This document shows positions 53,416-63,622 of a stretch of DNA of 64,000 nucleotides, in pieces. The DNA is taken from positions 10,612-74,611 of the forward strand of contig JAAYJE010000033.1 in the NCBI GenBank assembly GCA_012523095.1. The letters run 5' to 3'. A program made the translations under genes and the position numbers. The DNA comes from Actinomycetota bacterium (GTDB taxonomy: Bacteria; Actinomycetota; Thermoleophilia; RBG-16-64-13). The notes below the pieces were generated by a model. It saw nothing but the letters and a program-made list of their open reading frames with translations, made no database searches and had not been told where the DNA came from. The stretch's first letter is position 1. Every line of letters starts with the position of its first letter.

Positions 53416-54405
53416 GTGAGCAATCAGAGTGGCATCCTCGTTGTAGCCGAGCCCAAAGACGGGAAGCTCGCCAACGTCACCTTGGAAAGCATCACACAGG
53501 CACGTGCCCTGACGGCCGCTGCCGGTGGTCCGGTCAGTGTTGTCGTCGCCGCCGCGGAAGCCGCGCCGTTCGTGGCCGCCGCCGGTCTATTCGGCGCCGA
53601 CCGGGTCTATGTGGTCGAGACTCCCGAAGCCGCGGTGTTCCGATCCAACGTCTTCATCGACGCGGCCATGGCCGCCATTGAAGCAGCCGAGCCGGCGATG
53701 GTCCTGTGCTCGGGTTCTCCCGACGGGCGCGACGTGGCCGCGGGTTGTGCCGCCCGGCTCGACGCCGGTCTCTTGGTGGACCTCACCGGCCTCGAAGCGA
53801 AGGACGGACGCTTCATCGCGACCCACCCCTGCTTCGGCGGTACCGTGATCGTTGAGAAAGAAGCCACGGGCGGCGTCGCCGTCGCTACCGTGAGGCCGAA
53901 CGTCTTCGCTCGCGAAGAAACACCCAAAGACCCGGAAGTGATCTCGCTCGAGGTCGAGTTCGGGGCAGGCAGCCTCCTAGCCAAGGTGCTCGACGTCGTC
54001 TGTGAGAACGTGGGCATCGTCAGCCTGGAAGAGGCCTCCACCGTGGTCGCCGGCGGCAGAGGTATGGGGAGCGCCGAGAACTTCAAGTTGGTCCAGGAAC
54101 TGGCCGACGTGCTCGGGGCTGCCGTGGGAGCCAGCCGGTCCATCGTTGATGAGGGCTGGGTCAGTCATCAGTACCAGGTGGGACAGACGGGCAAGACCGT
54201 CTCGCCTCAGCTCTACATCGCCTGCGGCATCTCGGGTGCAATCCAGCACGCGGCCGGCATGCAGACCTCTAAGTGCATAGTGGCCATCAACAAAGACCCC
54301 GAAGCGGCCATCTTCAACTTCGCCGATTACGGTATGGTGGGCGACGCTGTCGCGCTGGTGCCGGCGTTGACGGAAGAGATCCGCAAGCGCAAATCAGCAT
54401 CCTGA
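53416..54405 (+). CDS. etfA: electron transfer flavoprotein alpha subunit
   Basis: GTG start. C-terminal FAD-binding region ([10 protein letters not shown]..., [11 protein letters not shown]...[25 protein letters not shown]). Confidence 0.9.
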   Translation: MSNQSGILVVAEPKDGKLANVTLESITQARALTAAAGGPVSVVVAAAEAAPFVAAAGLFGADRVYVVETPEAAVFRSNVFIDAAMAAIEAAEPAMVLCSGSPDGRDVAAGCAARLDAGLLVDLTGLEAKDGRFIATHPCFGGTVIVEKEATGGVAVATVRPNVFAREETPKDPEVISLEVEFGAGSLLAKVLDVVCENVGIVSLEEASTVVAGGRGMGSAENFKLVQELADVLGAAVGASRSIVDEGWVSHQYQVGQTGKTVSPQLYIACGISGAIQHAAGMQTSKCIVAINKDPEAAIFNFADYGMVGDAVALVPALTEEIRKRKSAS

Positions 54406-54415
54406 GGTCGCGGCC

Positions 54416-56107
54416 ATGACTGAGTCAAGAGACGTTATGGAGGTCGATGTCCTCTATGTCGGTGGGGGCATCGCCTCGCTCAGCAGCGCCCTGCATCTCA
54501 CCAACCTGATCAAGGCCCACGACGAGAAGGCCGGTGACAAAAAGATCGGTGAGCTCGTGATCGTCGTCCTGGAGAAGGGGTTCGCCCCCGGAGCTCATGG
54601 CATATCAGGCGCGGTCATGGACCCGGCTCCTCTCAAGGAGCTCGTTCCTGATTTCGTCGGGAAGGGCGCCCCCCTCGAGGGAGAGGTTAAGAAGGAGTCG
54701 GTCTACCTGCTCACCAAGAGCGGCAAGATCAAGTCTCCCATCACGCCGCCTCCCCTGAACAATCACGGTAACTACGTGGTCTCCATGTCCAAGCTGAACC
54801 AATGGATGGCCGAGTTGGCCGAGGCGAACGGGGTCAACCTATTCCCGGAGTTCGCCGGTGTCGAGGTGCTCTACGACGACAACAAGGTCATCGGCGTGAG
54901 GGCGGGCGATAAGGGCGTTGACGCAGACGGGAACAAGAAGTCGAACTACGAACCTGGAGCGGATCTCCATGCGCGGGTAACCGTGTTCGGCGAGGGCTCG
55001 AGAGGCAATCTGACCAAGGATCTTATCGAGCATTTCAAGCTGGACGAGGGTAGGAACCCTGTGGCCTTCGAGGTCGGCGTCAAAGAGGTGTGGGAATTGC
55101 CGGAGCAGCGGCTCCAGCCCGGCGAGGTCATCCACAGTATGGGCTACCCGCTCAAGAGCGACACCTTCGGCGGGGGCTTCATCTACGGCATGAAGGACAA
55201 GATGGTGTCCATCGGGCAGATGACCAGCCTTGACTACTCCGATCCCTGCCTTGATCCACATAGAGAGTTCCAGAAGTTCAAGCTCCACCCGATGGTGAGC
55301 GAATTGCTCAAAGGCGGCAAGCTGATCCAGTACGGCGCTAAGACGGCGCCGGTGGGCGGTTACTTCTCCATACCCAAGTTGTCGTTCCCGGGTGGAATGA
55401 TCATCGGTGATGGGGCCAACCTGTTCAACAGTCAGAAGATCAAGGGCATCGACCTGGCCATCAGGTCGGGCATGTTGGCGGCTCAGACCATCTTCGAGGG
55501 CCTGCTTGAAGACGATCTCTCAGACGTCAAGCTGGCGGGTTACGCGAAGGCCATGAGCCGGAGCAAGGAGATGAAGAGTCTCTACAAGGTGCGCAACTTC
55601 CATCAAGCCATGACCAGGGGTCTGTACCCAGGCCTATTGACGGCGGTGGGACAGTATCTGCTCGGCGGAAGGGTGCTCAGCAACAGGTTGTCGTCCAAGC
55701 CCGACCACGAGCATATGGAGACATTGGTTGAGAGGTATGGCACCTCCACTCCATCGGCCGATGACGTGGGCGATATCAAGTTCGACAAGCAGCTCACCTT
55801 CGACAAAGAGACCGACGTCTATTATTCAGGCGCCACACACGAGGAAGCCCAACCCTCTCACCTCAAGATCTTGAATCTCGACATCTGCTACGGGGAGTGC
55901 GCGGAGAAGTACGGTAACCCGTGCGTCCGGTTCTGCCCGGCGAGCGTCTACGAGATGACGGTGGACGAAGCGACCGGCAAAAAGACGCTGAAGGTCAATT
56001 TCTCAAACTGCGTACATTGCAAGACGTGCGACGTCAAAGACCCCTTCGAGAACATACAATGGGTACCCCCGGAAGGTGGAGGCGGACCCAAGTACACTAT
56101 GATGTAG
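54416..56107 (+). CDS. electron-transferring-flavoprotein dehydrogenase (ETF-QO / FixC-FixX-like fusion)
   Basis: N-terminal FAD fold (DVLYVGGGIASLS) and a C-terminal 4Fe-4S region (CPASVYE...NCVHCKTCDVKDP...I.W..PEGGGGPKY). Confidence 0.9.
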   Translation: MTESRDVMEVDVLYVGGGIASLSSALHLTNLIKAHDEKAGDKKIGELVIVVLEKGFAPGAHGISGAVMDPAPLKELVPDFVGKGAPLEGEVKKESVYLLTKSGKIKSPITPPPLNNHGNYVVSMSKLNQWMAELAEANGVNLFPEFAGVEVLYDDNKVIGVRAGDKGVDADGNKKSNYEPGADLHARVTVFGEGSRGNLTKDLIEHFKLDEGRNPVAFEVGVKEVWELPEQRLQPGEVIHSMGYPLKSDTFGGGFIYGMKDKMVSIGQMTSLDYSDPCLDPHREFQKFKLHPMVSELLKGGKLIQYGAKTAPVGGYFSIPKLSFPGGMIIGDGANLFNSQKIKGIDLAIRSGMLAAQTIFEGLLEDDLSDVKLAGYAKAMSRSKEMKSLYKVRNFHQAMTRGLYPGLLTAVGQYLLGGRVLSNRLSSKPDHEHMETLVERYGTSTPSADDVGDIKFDKQLTFDKETDVYYSGATHEEAQPSHLKILNLDICYGECAEKYGNPCVRFCPASVYEMTVDEATGKKTLKVNFSNCVHCKTCDVKDPFENIQWVPPEGGGGPKYTMM

Positions 56108-56235
56108 AAGTCCGAAGGTTCACGAACCTTCTACCTGCGGGGCAGGGCTTCGGCACGGCCGGAGGTACAGCCGTGCCCAGATGGCAATAATGCCGAACGA
56201 ACGCGATCGTAAAGGCGACGAAAGGAGCAGTACAC

Positions 56236-56688
56236 ATGCCAAGGCCAGAGGAAGTTGAAGTCGTCAAGGCAATGAAGGCCGCCAAGACCGGTCCGGAGAT
56301 CTTCGCCTCTTGGGCTATGCAGCGCCCGGGTTACGTGCCGGGTGAAGGTGGGGACCCAACCCTGGACTTCTGGTCAGATAACAAAGTCGAGATGCTGCAT
56401 ACGTTCGCCCAGAACCAGCTGGCCCAGCTGCTCGACCGGGGCATCTTGGATCCCAAGACCCGGTACCTGCTGCTGGTGGGCCTGTACATGATGACCAACC
56501 ACTGGGACGGCGTTCTGCCTCAGGCCTGCAACGCCAAGGCCGCCGGCGCCACAGACGAGGAGATCATGGAAGTGGCCTTCTGCGTCTGCTACTCGGTAGG
56601 CAAGGCCAAGATGCAGGAGAGCGGTGAGTGTTTGGGCGAGGTCTTCGCGAACCCCATGTTTCAGAGCATCACGGCGCTCAAGAAGTAG
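56236..56688 (+). CDS. carboxymuconolactone decarboxylase (AhpD-like) family protein
   Basis: 150 aa. LDPKTRYLLLVGLYMMTNHWDGVLPQACNAKAAGATDEEIMEV fits the CMD fold pattern. Confidence 0.7.
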   Translation: MPRPEEVEVVKAMKAAKTGPEIFASWAMQRPGYVPGEGGDPTLDFWSDNKVEMLHTFAQNQLAQLLDRGILDPKTRYLLLVGLYMMTNHWDGVLPQACNAKAAGATDEEIMEVAFCVCYSVGKAKMQESGECLGEVFANPMFQSITALKK

Positions 56689-56722
56689 TCTCGAGCGGCA
56701 TCGGATCCTGCGAAGGATCAGT

Positions 56723-56752
56723 GGGGAAGCCCCGCCTTGGCGGGGCTTCCCC
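56723..56752 (+). terminator. perfect 12-bp GC hairpin (GGGGAAGCCCCG-ccttgg-CGGGGCTTCCCC), terminator-like
   Basis: Located 35 nt after the CMD-family stop. No U-tract. It could act bidirectionally. Confidence 0.5.
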
Positions 56753-56851
56753 GTCTCAGGCCGGCCTCAACCGAGGTATCTCAGCGGCCTGTTAACGCTT
56801 GGGCGGCCCGCGGTGGATGGTTACCCCCGGGCGGCGGGAGGCCGGGGCCGG

Positions 56852-57073
56852 TCAGGCCAGTGATCCGCCCCGCGCGCGGATGAGGTCGTCGGTGAAGCCG
56901 GAATGGAGCGAGCTCTCGCGATCTTCCCCCCAACGGCACAACAGCTCGAACATCGGCCGTGTGACAGTGAAGGCTAACATCCATGGCTCCAAGAACTTGC
57001 GCATGGCCTGGTCGGTCGACCCGACGACGGCCTGGGATGCGTCCAGATCGTCGAAGAGCGTGATGAGCTGCAT
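56852..57073 (-). CDS. possible small protein or gene remnant (73 aa)
   Basis: ORF with high third-position GC (MQLITLFDDLDASQAVVGSTDQAMRKFLEPWMLAFTVTRPMFELL...). No recognised family. It could be the C-terminal remnant of a regulator or chaperone. Confidence 0.2.
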   Translation of the reverse strand: MQLITLFDDLDASQAVVGSTDQAMRKFLEPWMLAFTVTRPMFELLCRWGEDRESSLHSGFTDDLIRARGGSLA

Positions 57074-57279
57074 GCAAGTACTGCCATCCTGGGTCCGGCG
57101 TGTACCGGCTCCCATGAGAGGCCCGAGTTGCTCAGCGCTCGGGCCTCGCCATCAAGTCGCAATCTGCGGCTACACGCATGATCACTTGCCCGGCGTGTGG
57201 CCGCGCACCCTGGCGAATGGCGCACCGTCCCTGTATCCTGTCCCGGAAATCGGCGAGTAACGGACAGGGGAGAATCACT

Positions 57280-59877
57280 GTGATCGTTCGTACGACCGCC
57301 TGGTCGGCCGGTCCCGGCTGCCATGGCGGGTGTGGGGTCTTGGCCCATATCGAAGACGGCAGGCTGGTCAAGGTCGAGGGTGACCCGGAGCACCCCATCA
57401 ATAGGGGGCGACTCTGCTCGCGCTGCCTGGCTATGACCCAATATGTGGACCATCCGGGGCGGCTTCGTAGTCCCCGCAAGCGCGTGGGCGAGCGTGGCGA
57501 GAACAAGTGGCAGGATATCTCCTGGGAAGAGGCCTACGATCTCATCGAGGAGAAGATGGGCAAGATCCGGGAGGAGTATGGGCCGGAGAGCGTGGTCTTC
57601 TCCATGGGCACCGGCCGCGACGTGGGTGCCTGGATCTGCCTGCTCGCCTACAACTACGGCAGCCCCAACGTCATGTTCGCCCTCTCCGGCATCGGCTGCT
57701 ACTCGCCCCGCATCGCGGCTTCCGAGACGGTGTTGGGCGATTACTGCGTCTTCGATGGCGGCCAGTGGCTCCCGAAGGGGCATGACGATCCCCGCTACAA
57801 GGTGCCCGAGACTATCGTCATCTGGGGCTACAACATCAACGCCTCCTGCCCGGACAACATCTTCGGCCACTGGATCACCGATCTCATGAAAAAGGGCAGC
57901 AAGATCATCTGCATCGATCCCCGGCTGTCATTTTTCGCTTCACGCGCCGACAAGTGGCTACAACTGCGGCCCGGCACCGACGGAGCCCTAGCCATGGGCT
58001 TCCTGAACGTCATCATAAACGAGGACCTCTACGACCGGGAGTTCGTAGAGAAGTGGACCAACGCCCCTCATCTGGTCCGCAGCGACACAGGCACGCTCCT
58101 TCGAGCTTCTGACCTCGTTGAAGACGGCTCGCCGGACGACTTCGTCGTTTGGGACACATCGACCGGCGCTCCCGCCATCTGGGATGCGGCCAACCTGGAG
58201 TTTCGCGCGCCCGGCGCGGCGCCGGATGCTCCATCTCTGACTGGAGTGGTGCCGGCGTTGGAGGTCCCGGCCGAACAATGCGCGGTGCACCTGCTGGACG
58301 AGTCGTCCGTGCCGGTGAAGACCGTCTGGTCGGTCTTCTGTGCTGAGGTGGCTGAATACCCCGTGGACAAGGTGGCCCAGATCACCTGGCTGAGAGCGGA
58401 GGACATCGTCGAGGCCGCTCGGCTGTACGCCACCAGCAAACCGGCCACCATTCAATGGGGCGTGGCCGTCGATATGACCCCCGCCATCACGCCCACCTCC
58501 ATGGCCATCGCGGCGTTGTGGTGCCTCACCGGAAACCTGGACGTGCCGGGCGGCAACGTAGTAGCCCGCTCCGCCTTTGGAGCCGTCGCCTACGCGCTGC
58601 CCGGCAGTCGAGGACCGATCCAGCTCCCCAGCCAAGAGGTCGACACCACCCGCATCGCGAGGGATCGCTACGGTGTGCTCTCCGAGTTCATTTGGCGCGC
58701 GCAGACCGACGTGACCCTGGAGCAGATCTTCACAGGCAAGCCATATCCCATCAAGGGCATGTGGGTGCAGGCCTGCAACCTCGTGGGCGGTATCGGCTAC
58801 GATCCGCAGCGCTGGGTCAAGGCGCTTAAGAAGCTCGACTTTGTATGTGTAGTCGACACCTTCATGACGCCCACCGCCGAACTGGCCGACATCGTGTTGC
58901 CGGCCGCCACCTTCTTGGAGAAGGACGGTATTCGGAGCTGGTGGACGCCGTTGGAGAGTATCGTGAAGGCCATGGAGGTGGAGGGGTGCCGGCCCGACAA
59001 CGAGATCAACTTCGAGTTGGCGCGGCGCTTCAACCCCGATCTCAAGTGGAACGACCTGCACGAGCTGTTGGATGAGATCGTGAGTCCTTCGGGCATGACG
59101 TTCGATGAGTTGGCCAAGAAGGGTTGGGAGCTTCCCCCCGACGGCGACCCGAGCGCACCGTATCACCGTCACGAGCGGGGTCTGTTGCGCACCGACGGCA
59201 AGCCGGGTTTCAAGACTCCCTCCGGCAAGATGGAACTCTATTCGGTGCTACGGGAACGCTGGGGCTTCGAACCGCTGCCTCATCACGAGGAGCCGCCGTT
59301 CAGCCCCGTCTCCAGTCCGGAGCTCTTCGAGCAGTACCCGCTGATCCTCACCACGGGGAGGCGGTCACCGGTGTACTTCAACTCCGAGCATCGCAACATC
59401 CCTTGGTTGCGGGAGGCCGACCCCGATCCGGTGGTGGAGCTGCACCCTGAGACCGGGGCGGCTCTCGGCATCGGTAACGGCGAGTGGGTCTGGATAGAGA
59501 ACATGTTCGGCAAGGCCCGGCTGAAGGCCAAACTCACCCCCATCGTACCGCGCTGGCTGGCCTCCGCCGCCCACGGTTGGTGGTACCCGGAGCAGGAGGG
59601 CGCTGAGCCCTCGCTGCGCGGCGTCTGGGACTCGAGCACCAACCAATTGCTCCCCATGGGCTACCAAGGCAAAGACGGTCTGGGAACGCACGCAAAGTGC
59701 ACGCTCTGCAGGGTCTACCGCGCTCACACTGCCCCGCCCGGCGCGTACACGTTGCCGGAGGGCGGCGTGATCGGCGGAGCCGTGAGTGTCGCAGGAACCG
59801 CCCACGGCCCGGCTCCGGGCCATGCGCCGGCGACGGCCCGGGGAGCCTTGGTACGCAACCCGGATAAGGAGGCCTGA
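57280..59877 (+). CDS. molybdopterin/tungstopterin oxidoreductase catalytic subunit (DMSO reductase superfamily), cytoplasmic
   Basis: GTG at 57280 after GGGGAGAA. N-terminal Cys pattern is C-x3-C...C-x2-C (GPGCHGGCGV...GRLCSRC). MopB core and C-terminal beta-barrel motifs are present. No Tat signal. Confidence 0.85.
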   Translation: MIVRTTAWSAGPGCHGGCGVLAHIEDGRLVKVEGDPEHPINRGRLCSRCLAMTQYVDHPGRLRSPRKRVGERGENKWQDISWEEAYDLIEEKMGKIREEYGPESVVFSMGTGRDVGAWICLLAYNYGSPNVMFALSGIGCYSPRIAASETVLGDYCVFDGGQWLPKGHDDPRYKVPETIVIWGYNINASCPDNIFGHWITDLMKKGSKIICIDPRLSFFASRADKWLQLRPGTDGALAMGFLNVIINEDLYDREFVEKWTNAPHLVRSDTGTLLRASDLVEDGSPDDFVVWDTSTGAPAIWDAANLEFRAPGAAPDAPSLTGVVPALEVPAEQCAVHLLDESSVPVKTVWSVFCAEVAEYPVDKVAQITWLRAEDIVEAARLYATSKPATIQWGVAVDMTPAITPTSMAIAALWCLTGNLDVPGGNVVARSAFGAVAYALPGSRGPIQLPSQEVDTTRIARDRYGVLSEFIWRAQTDVTLEQIFTGKPYPIKGMWVQACNLVGGIGYDPQRWVKALKKLDFVCVVDTFMTPTAELADIVLPAATFLEKDGIRSWWTPLESIVKAMEVEGCRPDNEINFELARRFNPDLKWNDLHELLDEIVSPSGMTFDELAKKGWELPPDGDPSAPYHRHERGLLRTDGKPGFKTPSGKMELYSVLRERWGFEPLPHHEEPPFSPVSSPELFEQYPLILTTGRRSPVYFNSEHRNIPWLREADPDPVVELHPETGAALGIGNGEWVWIENMFGKARLKAKLTPIVPRWLASAAHGWWYPEQEGAEPSLRGVWDSSTNQLLPMGYQGKDGLGTHAKCTLCRVYRAHTAPPGAYTLPEGGVIGGAVSVAGTAHGPAPGHAPATARGALVRNPDKEA

Positions 59878-59878
59878 C

Positions 59879-60235
59879 ATGGCCGCCAAGCGGAAAGCCA
59901 AGGCTCCCAAGAACGGTCTGCTCATCGATTACGAGTACTGTACGGGCTGCTATGCGTGCCAGGTGGCCTGTCAGCAGGAGCACCACTGGCCGGCCGGCAT
60001 GAGCGGCATCCGGGTGCATGAGATAGTGCAGAACCTGCCCAACGACAAGGCGTACCTAACCTACCTTCCGTTCCCCACCGAGCTGTGCGTCCTCTGCGCG
60101 GCTCGTACCCGCAAGGGTCAGCAGCCGGCCTGCGTGCAGCACTGCATGGCCGCCTGTATGAGATACGGGAAGATCGAGGAACTGGCCAAGGAGATGAGCA
60201 AGCCGCGCATGGTACTCTGGGCGCCGCGGGGGTAG
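59879..60235 (+). CDS. small 4Fe-4S ferredoxin-like subunit (118 aa)
   Basis: ATG at 59879, 6 nt after AAGGAGG and 2 nt after the upstream stop. CTGCYACQVACQ, CVLCA and CVQHCMAAC motifs. Confidence 0.8.
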   Translation: MAAKRKAKAPKNGLLIDYEYCTGCYACQVACQQEHHWPAGMSGIRVHEIVQNLPNDKAYLTYLPFPTELCVLCAARTRKGQQPACVQHCMAACMRYGKIEELAKEMSKPRMVLWAPRG

Positions 60236-60304
60236 TATGGCGCGGTGACGCAGACGGCGTTCGGATGGACCATGCGGCGCCCGACGAGAATCGGAGGTGG
60301 TGAT

Positions 60305-61147
60305 TTGCAGGCGACGCCCCAACCCTCGACGGCGACCGCCGTGACCCTCGGTGTCATCGGTGCCGGTAACATGGGCGGCGCCCTCGTCGAAGGATGGGTG
60401 CGCTCGCCGCTTCCTGGGCTTGGGCTGGTCGTGTGGGACAAAGTGGAAGCCGCCGGCCGGCGATTGCTCACCTCGGACATGGTTTCTCTCGCCGGCTCTG
60501 TCGATGCTCTGGTGCAGAAGGCGGATGTGGTCTTTGTGGTGGTGAAGCCCAAAGATGCCGCCGAAGTCCTCGGTCTGCTGGCCGGCCGTCTCCGTCGCGA
60601 TCAGGTCGTCGTCTCGGCCATGGCCGGCCCGACGCTGGAGTGGATGCGGGGCATTATCGGGCCGGGACCGGCCTTGATCCGTATCATGCCGAACCTAGGG
60701 GTCTCGCTGGGGGCGGGAGCACTCGCGATGACGGCCGATACCCTTACTGATGCCGCGACCGTGCAGACGGTCGCGCGTCTCCTCGAACCCCTGGGGATCG
60801 TGGAATCCGTACCGGAGGACGCTCTTGACGCCGTTACCGCCGTGGCCGGGTCCGGCCCGGCCTTCTTGGCCCTCGTCCTGGAAGGCCTAGAGGATGGTGC
60901 TGTGGCTGCGGGTCTACCGCGCGTCGCTGCTCAAGCTTTGGTCAGACAGGCGGCGTTGGACACCGCCCGCCTCCTGCCCCTCCATAGCGACTCAGCGGCC
61001 GGACTCCGCGCACATCTCGACGCCGTCGGCGGGCTCGACCGGTCGGCCATGGCCGTACTGGAAGACAGAGAGGTCTGCGTGGCCTTTAAAAAGGCGATAA
61101 AAGTGGCTATGGAGAGGAGTCGGAGCCTCCGAGCTGCTGTACACTAG
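60305..61147 (+). CDS. proC: pyrroline-5-carboxylate reductase
   Basis: GVIGAGNMGGAL dinucleotide fold, and MPNLGVSLGAGALAM plus SGPAF typical of ProC. TTG at 60305 follows GGAGG. GTG at 60341 is an alternative start. Confidence 0.8.
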   Translation: MQATPQPSTATAVTLGVIGAGNMGGALVEGWVRSPLPGLGLVVWDKVEAAGRRLLTSDMVSLAGSVDALVQKADVVFVVVKPKDAAEVLGLLAGRLRRDQVVVSAMAGPTLEWMRGIIGPGPALIRIMPNLGVSLGAGALAMTADTLTDAATVQTVARLLEPLGIVESVPEDALDAVTAVAGSGPAFLALVLEGLEDGAVAAGLPRVAAQALVRQAALDTARLLPLHSDSAAGLRAHLDAVGGLDRSAMAVLEDREVCVAFKKAIKVAMERSRSLRAAVH

Positions 61148-61180
61148 AAGTCAGTCGTCCCGCGGAGATAGGAGGATCAC

Positions 61181-61813
61181 ATGCTCGTTCGCGATAGGAT
61201 GTCCAGGCACCCCATCACCACCACGCCGGGGGCCTCGGTACCGGACGCGCTCAAGGTGATGCAAGGCGCCAAGGTCCGCCAACTCCCCGTGCTGAACGAA
61301 CAGAACGCAATGGTGGGCATCGTATCCCTCGTCGATCTGTTCCGAGTCTCGCCGTCGCCGGCGACCTCGCTCAGCGTCTGGGAGGTCGACTACCTGCTGG
61401 AGAAGATCAAGGTCGAGCAGGTGATGACCCGAGAGGTCATCACGGTGACCGAAGACACCCCGGTGGAAGAAGCCGGTCGCATCATGTCCGATAACAGGAT
61501 CAGCGGTCTGCCGGTCATGAGAGATGCCGAATTGGTGGGCATCATCACCGAGTCGCATCTCTTCAACATCCTACTGGAGCTGTTCGGGGCCCGTACCTCC
61601 GGCGTACGCGTCATGGCTAAGATCTCCCATGAGCAGGGCATATTGGCCAAGATCACAGGCGCGATAGCGGCTGCCGGCGGTCAGATCGAGGCGTTGGGCC
61701 TCCATGGGGACTCTGAGACGGTCACCTGCAAGGTGGTACATATCGACCGCGATGCAGTGATCGCTGCGATAAAGCCTTTGGTGGTCGATGTCCTGGACGT
61801 GCGCGAGATCTAG
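61181..61813 (+). CDS. CBS-pair plus ACT domain protein (AcuB-like)
   Basis: Two CBS motifs (MSRHPITT..., VMTREVITV...GLPVM) and a C-terminal ACT-like segment. Confidence 0.85.
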   Translation: MLVRDRMSRHPITTTPGASVPDALKVMQGAKVRQLPVLNEQNAMVGIVSLVDLFRVSPSPATSLSVWEVDYLLEKIKVEQVMTREVITVTEDTPVEEAGRIMSDNRISGLPVMRDAELVGIITESHLFNILLELFGARTSGVRVMAKISHEQGILAKITGAIAAAGGQIEALGLHGDSETVTCKVVHIDRDAVIAAIKPLVVDVLDVREI

Positions 61814-61901
61814 ACCTCGGACCGGGATCGGCGTCGGGACGGCCCACTCTGCGACCATTGCTGCGCCTGGGCGCTCTGGGGGCTGCTATGTGTGTGCGCG
61901 C

Positions 61902-62810
61902 CTAACCCTCCGCCGCTTTCTGAGCCTCGCGGAACGCCGCTATGAAACGCATGGCGTAGTTGTCGCGCCCCAGGACGAGGTCGGCTGAGCGCACGGCTGA
62001 GCGTACCTGGGCTACATCGACCGTGGGGCAGGTGAGACCGGCTTCGATGGCGAGTGCCAGGTAGGTTCCGGTCAAGATCGGCCGGTTGGGAAGTCCGTGG
62101 GAGATGTTGCTGCATCCCTGGGTTTGATTGACACCGAACTCGTCTCTCACCCTACGCGTAGCCTCCAGAGTCGCCAAGCCGGCCTGGACGTTCGCGCCCA
62201 AGGAGAGGGTGAGGCAGTCGATGATCACATCCTCCCGGGGGATGCCCAAGGCCTCCGCCCGCTCCACGATACGGCGGGCGATCTCGACTCTTGCAGCCGC
62301 CTCCGCGGGGATACCTTTCTCGTCCAGCGTCAGGCCTACTACCGGCAGGTTGTACTGTTTGACCAGCGGCAGCACTTCGTTGAGCGACGATTCCTCTCCG
62401 GTGACAGAGTTGACGATGGGCCTGCCCGGGCAGACGGCCAAGGCGGCAGCCAGTGCTTTGACCTTGCGGCTGTCGATGCAGAGGGGAACGTCGACGACTT
62501 CGGCGACCGCTTCGACGGCGCGGGGCAGCATCTCGATCTCGTCGACCCCGGTGGCGCCGACGTTGACGTCGAGGACATCGGCGCCCGCAGCGACCTGGGC
62601 CACCGCTTCTTCGCGGACCACGCTCAGGTCGCCGGCCCGCAGAGCCTCGGCCAGTCGCTTCTTGCCGGTCGGGTTGATGCGCTCGCCGATGAGCACCGTA
62701 GGCCGGCCGCCTCCGATGATGACCTCTTTGGTTGCGCTCGCTACTCGTGTCTCCATTGGATACGTCCTCCATGCCTTGGTGGTGGTCGACAGATTGTGTT
62801 TCACGGTCAC
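61902..62810 (-). CDS. methyltetrahydrofolate:corrinoid methyltransferase (pterin-binding, MeTr/AcsE/MtrH-like)
   Basis: VLIGERINPTGKKRL, DVLDVNVG, PLCIDS, NSV and GCSNISHGLP motifs. GTG at 62810 overlaps the upstream stop (GTGA). Alternative ATG at 62756. Confidence 0.85.
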   Translation of the reverse strand: MTVKHNLSTTTKAWRTYPMETRVASATKEVIIGGGRPTVLIGERINPTGKKRLAEALRAGDLSVVREEAVAQVAAGADVLDVNVGATGVDEIEMLPRAVEAVAEVVDVPLCIDSRKVKALAAALAVCPGRPIVNSVTGEESSLNEVLPLVKQYNLPVVGLTLDEKGIPAEAAARVEIARRIVERAEALGIPREDVIIDCLTLSLGANVQAGLATLEATRRVRDEFGVNQTQGCSNISHGLPNRPILTGTYLALAIEAGLTCPTVDVAQVRSAVRSADLVLGRDNYAMRFIAAFREAQKAAEG

Positions 62811-63598
62811 TCGGTGGCGAAAAGATGTGAGAAGTCGATGGCTTCCGTGGGAGGGACCACCACGATCTCACTATCGCGTTCGCCTTTGAACAGTCTCTCC
62901 AGCAGCTGGACGGAGCCTGAGACGACGATGTGATCCAAGTCCAGATCCTTTGCGTACGCGCGGCTTTGGTCGATGCATTCCGACAGGTCGTATGCTTTGG
63001 TGTCGATGAGTCCTACCCGTTCGTAGCCCGTGAACATGGTCTTGCGCAGCCGGGCCGCCCGCTCCGGACCGTAGCGTTCGGTCCAGTCTTCAAAGGCCTC
63101 GGTGACCGAGCTGTTATGGGCGAACCAGCCCCGAGTCAAATAGTAGCTGCGGGAATCCCGGGGGATGTCCTCTCTGGCACATCCGTGATTGAGAAGCAGG
63201 GAGACACAATCGTCTACACGGGGGAACACGAGGGTGAGGTGCTGGGCCTTCAACCCCTGCAGGCCTTTTCCACAGAAGCCCAAGGCCAGCAGCACCTCGT
63301 CCACGGGATCCACCTGTACTTCTTCGCTGCGCTCTGTCGCCGCGCCCTGGCCGGGGCGGACGGTGGGGAGAGAGACAGTACTCCCTGTGGATAACCCCTC
63401 ATCCAACAGATCTATCAGTCGCTGCAGAGCCTCCTTCAGGAGCTCGGGTCTATCGTGCAACTTGCTCTCGACCCAGACTACCGGCGGTCGATTTTCCGGC
63501 GCCAGGACCTCCAGCGCCAATCGCACCTCATCCTCGATCATCTCGCAGGCGATTATCACCGTATTCGGCAAGCGTTCGCTCCCTGGTTCTCTTCTCAA
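62807..63598 (-). CDS. DUF1638 domain protein
   Basis: IIACEMIEDEV near the N-terminus and overall length (263 aa) fit DUF1638, a family I recall as linked to corrinoid methyltransferase genes. Confidence 0.7.
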   Translation of the reverse strand: MRREPGSERLPNTVIIACEMIEDEVRLALEVLAPENRPPVVWVESKLHDRPELLKEALQRLIDLLDEGLSTGSTVSLPTVRPGQGAATERSEEVQVDPVDEVLLALGFCGKGLQGLKAQHLTLVFPRVDDCVSLLLNHGCAREDIPRDSRSYYLTRGWFAHNSSVTEAFEDWTERYGPERAARLRKTMFTGYERVGLIDTKAYDLSECIDQSRAYAKDLDLDHIVVSGSVQLLERLFKGERDSEIVVVPPTEAIDFSHLFATE

Positions 63599-63622
63599 CG
63601 GCGTCTCATCGGGTCTTCCGTA

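Noticed and set aside
57988-59172. 394-aa ORF antisense to the second molybdopterin oxidoreductase, and a 298-aa ORF at 56974..57870
   Set aside because: These are shadow ORFs with Arg/Gly/His-rich translations. They overlap a well-supported plus-strand CDS.
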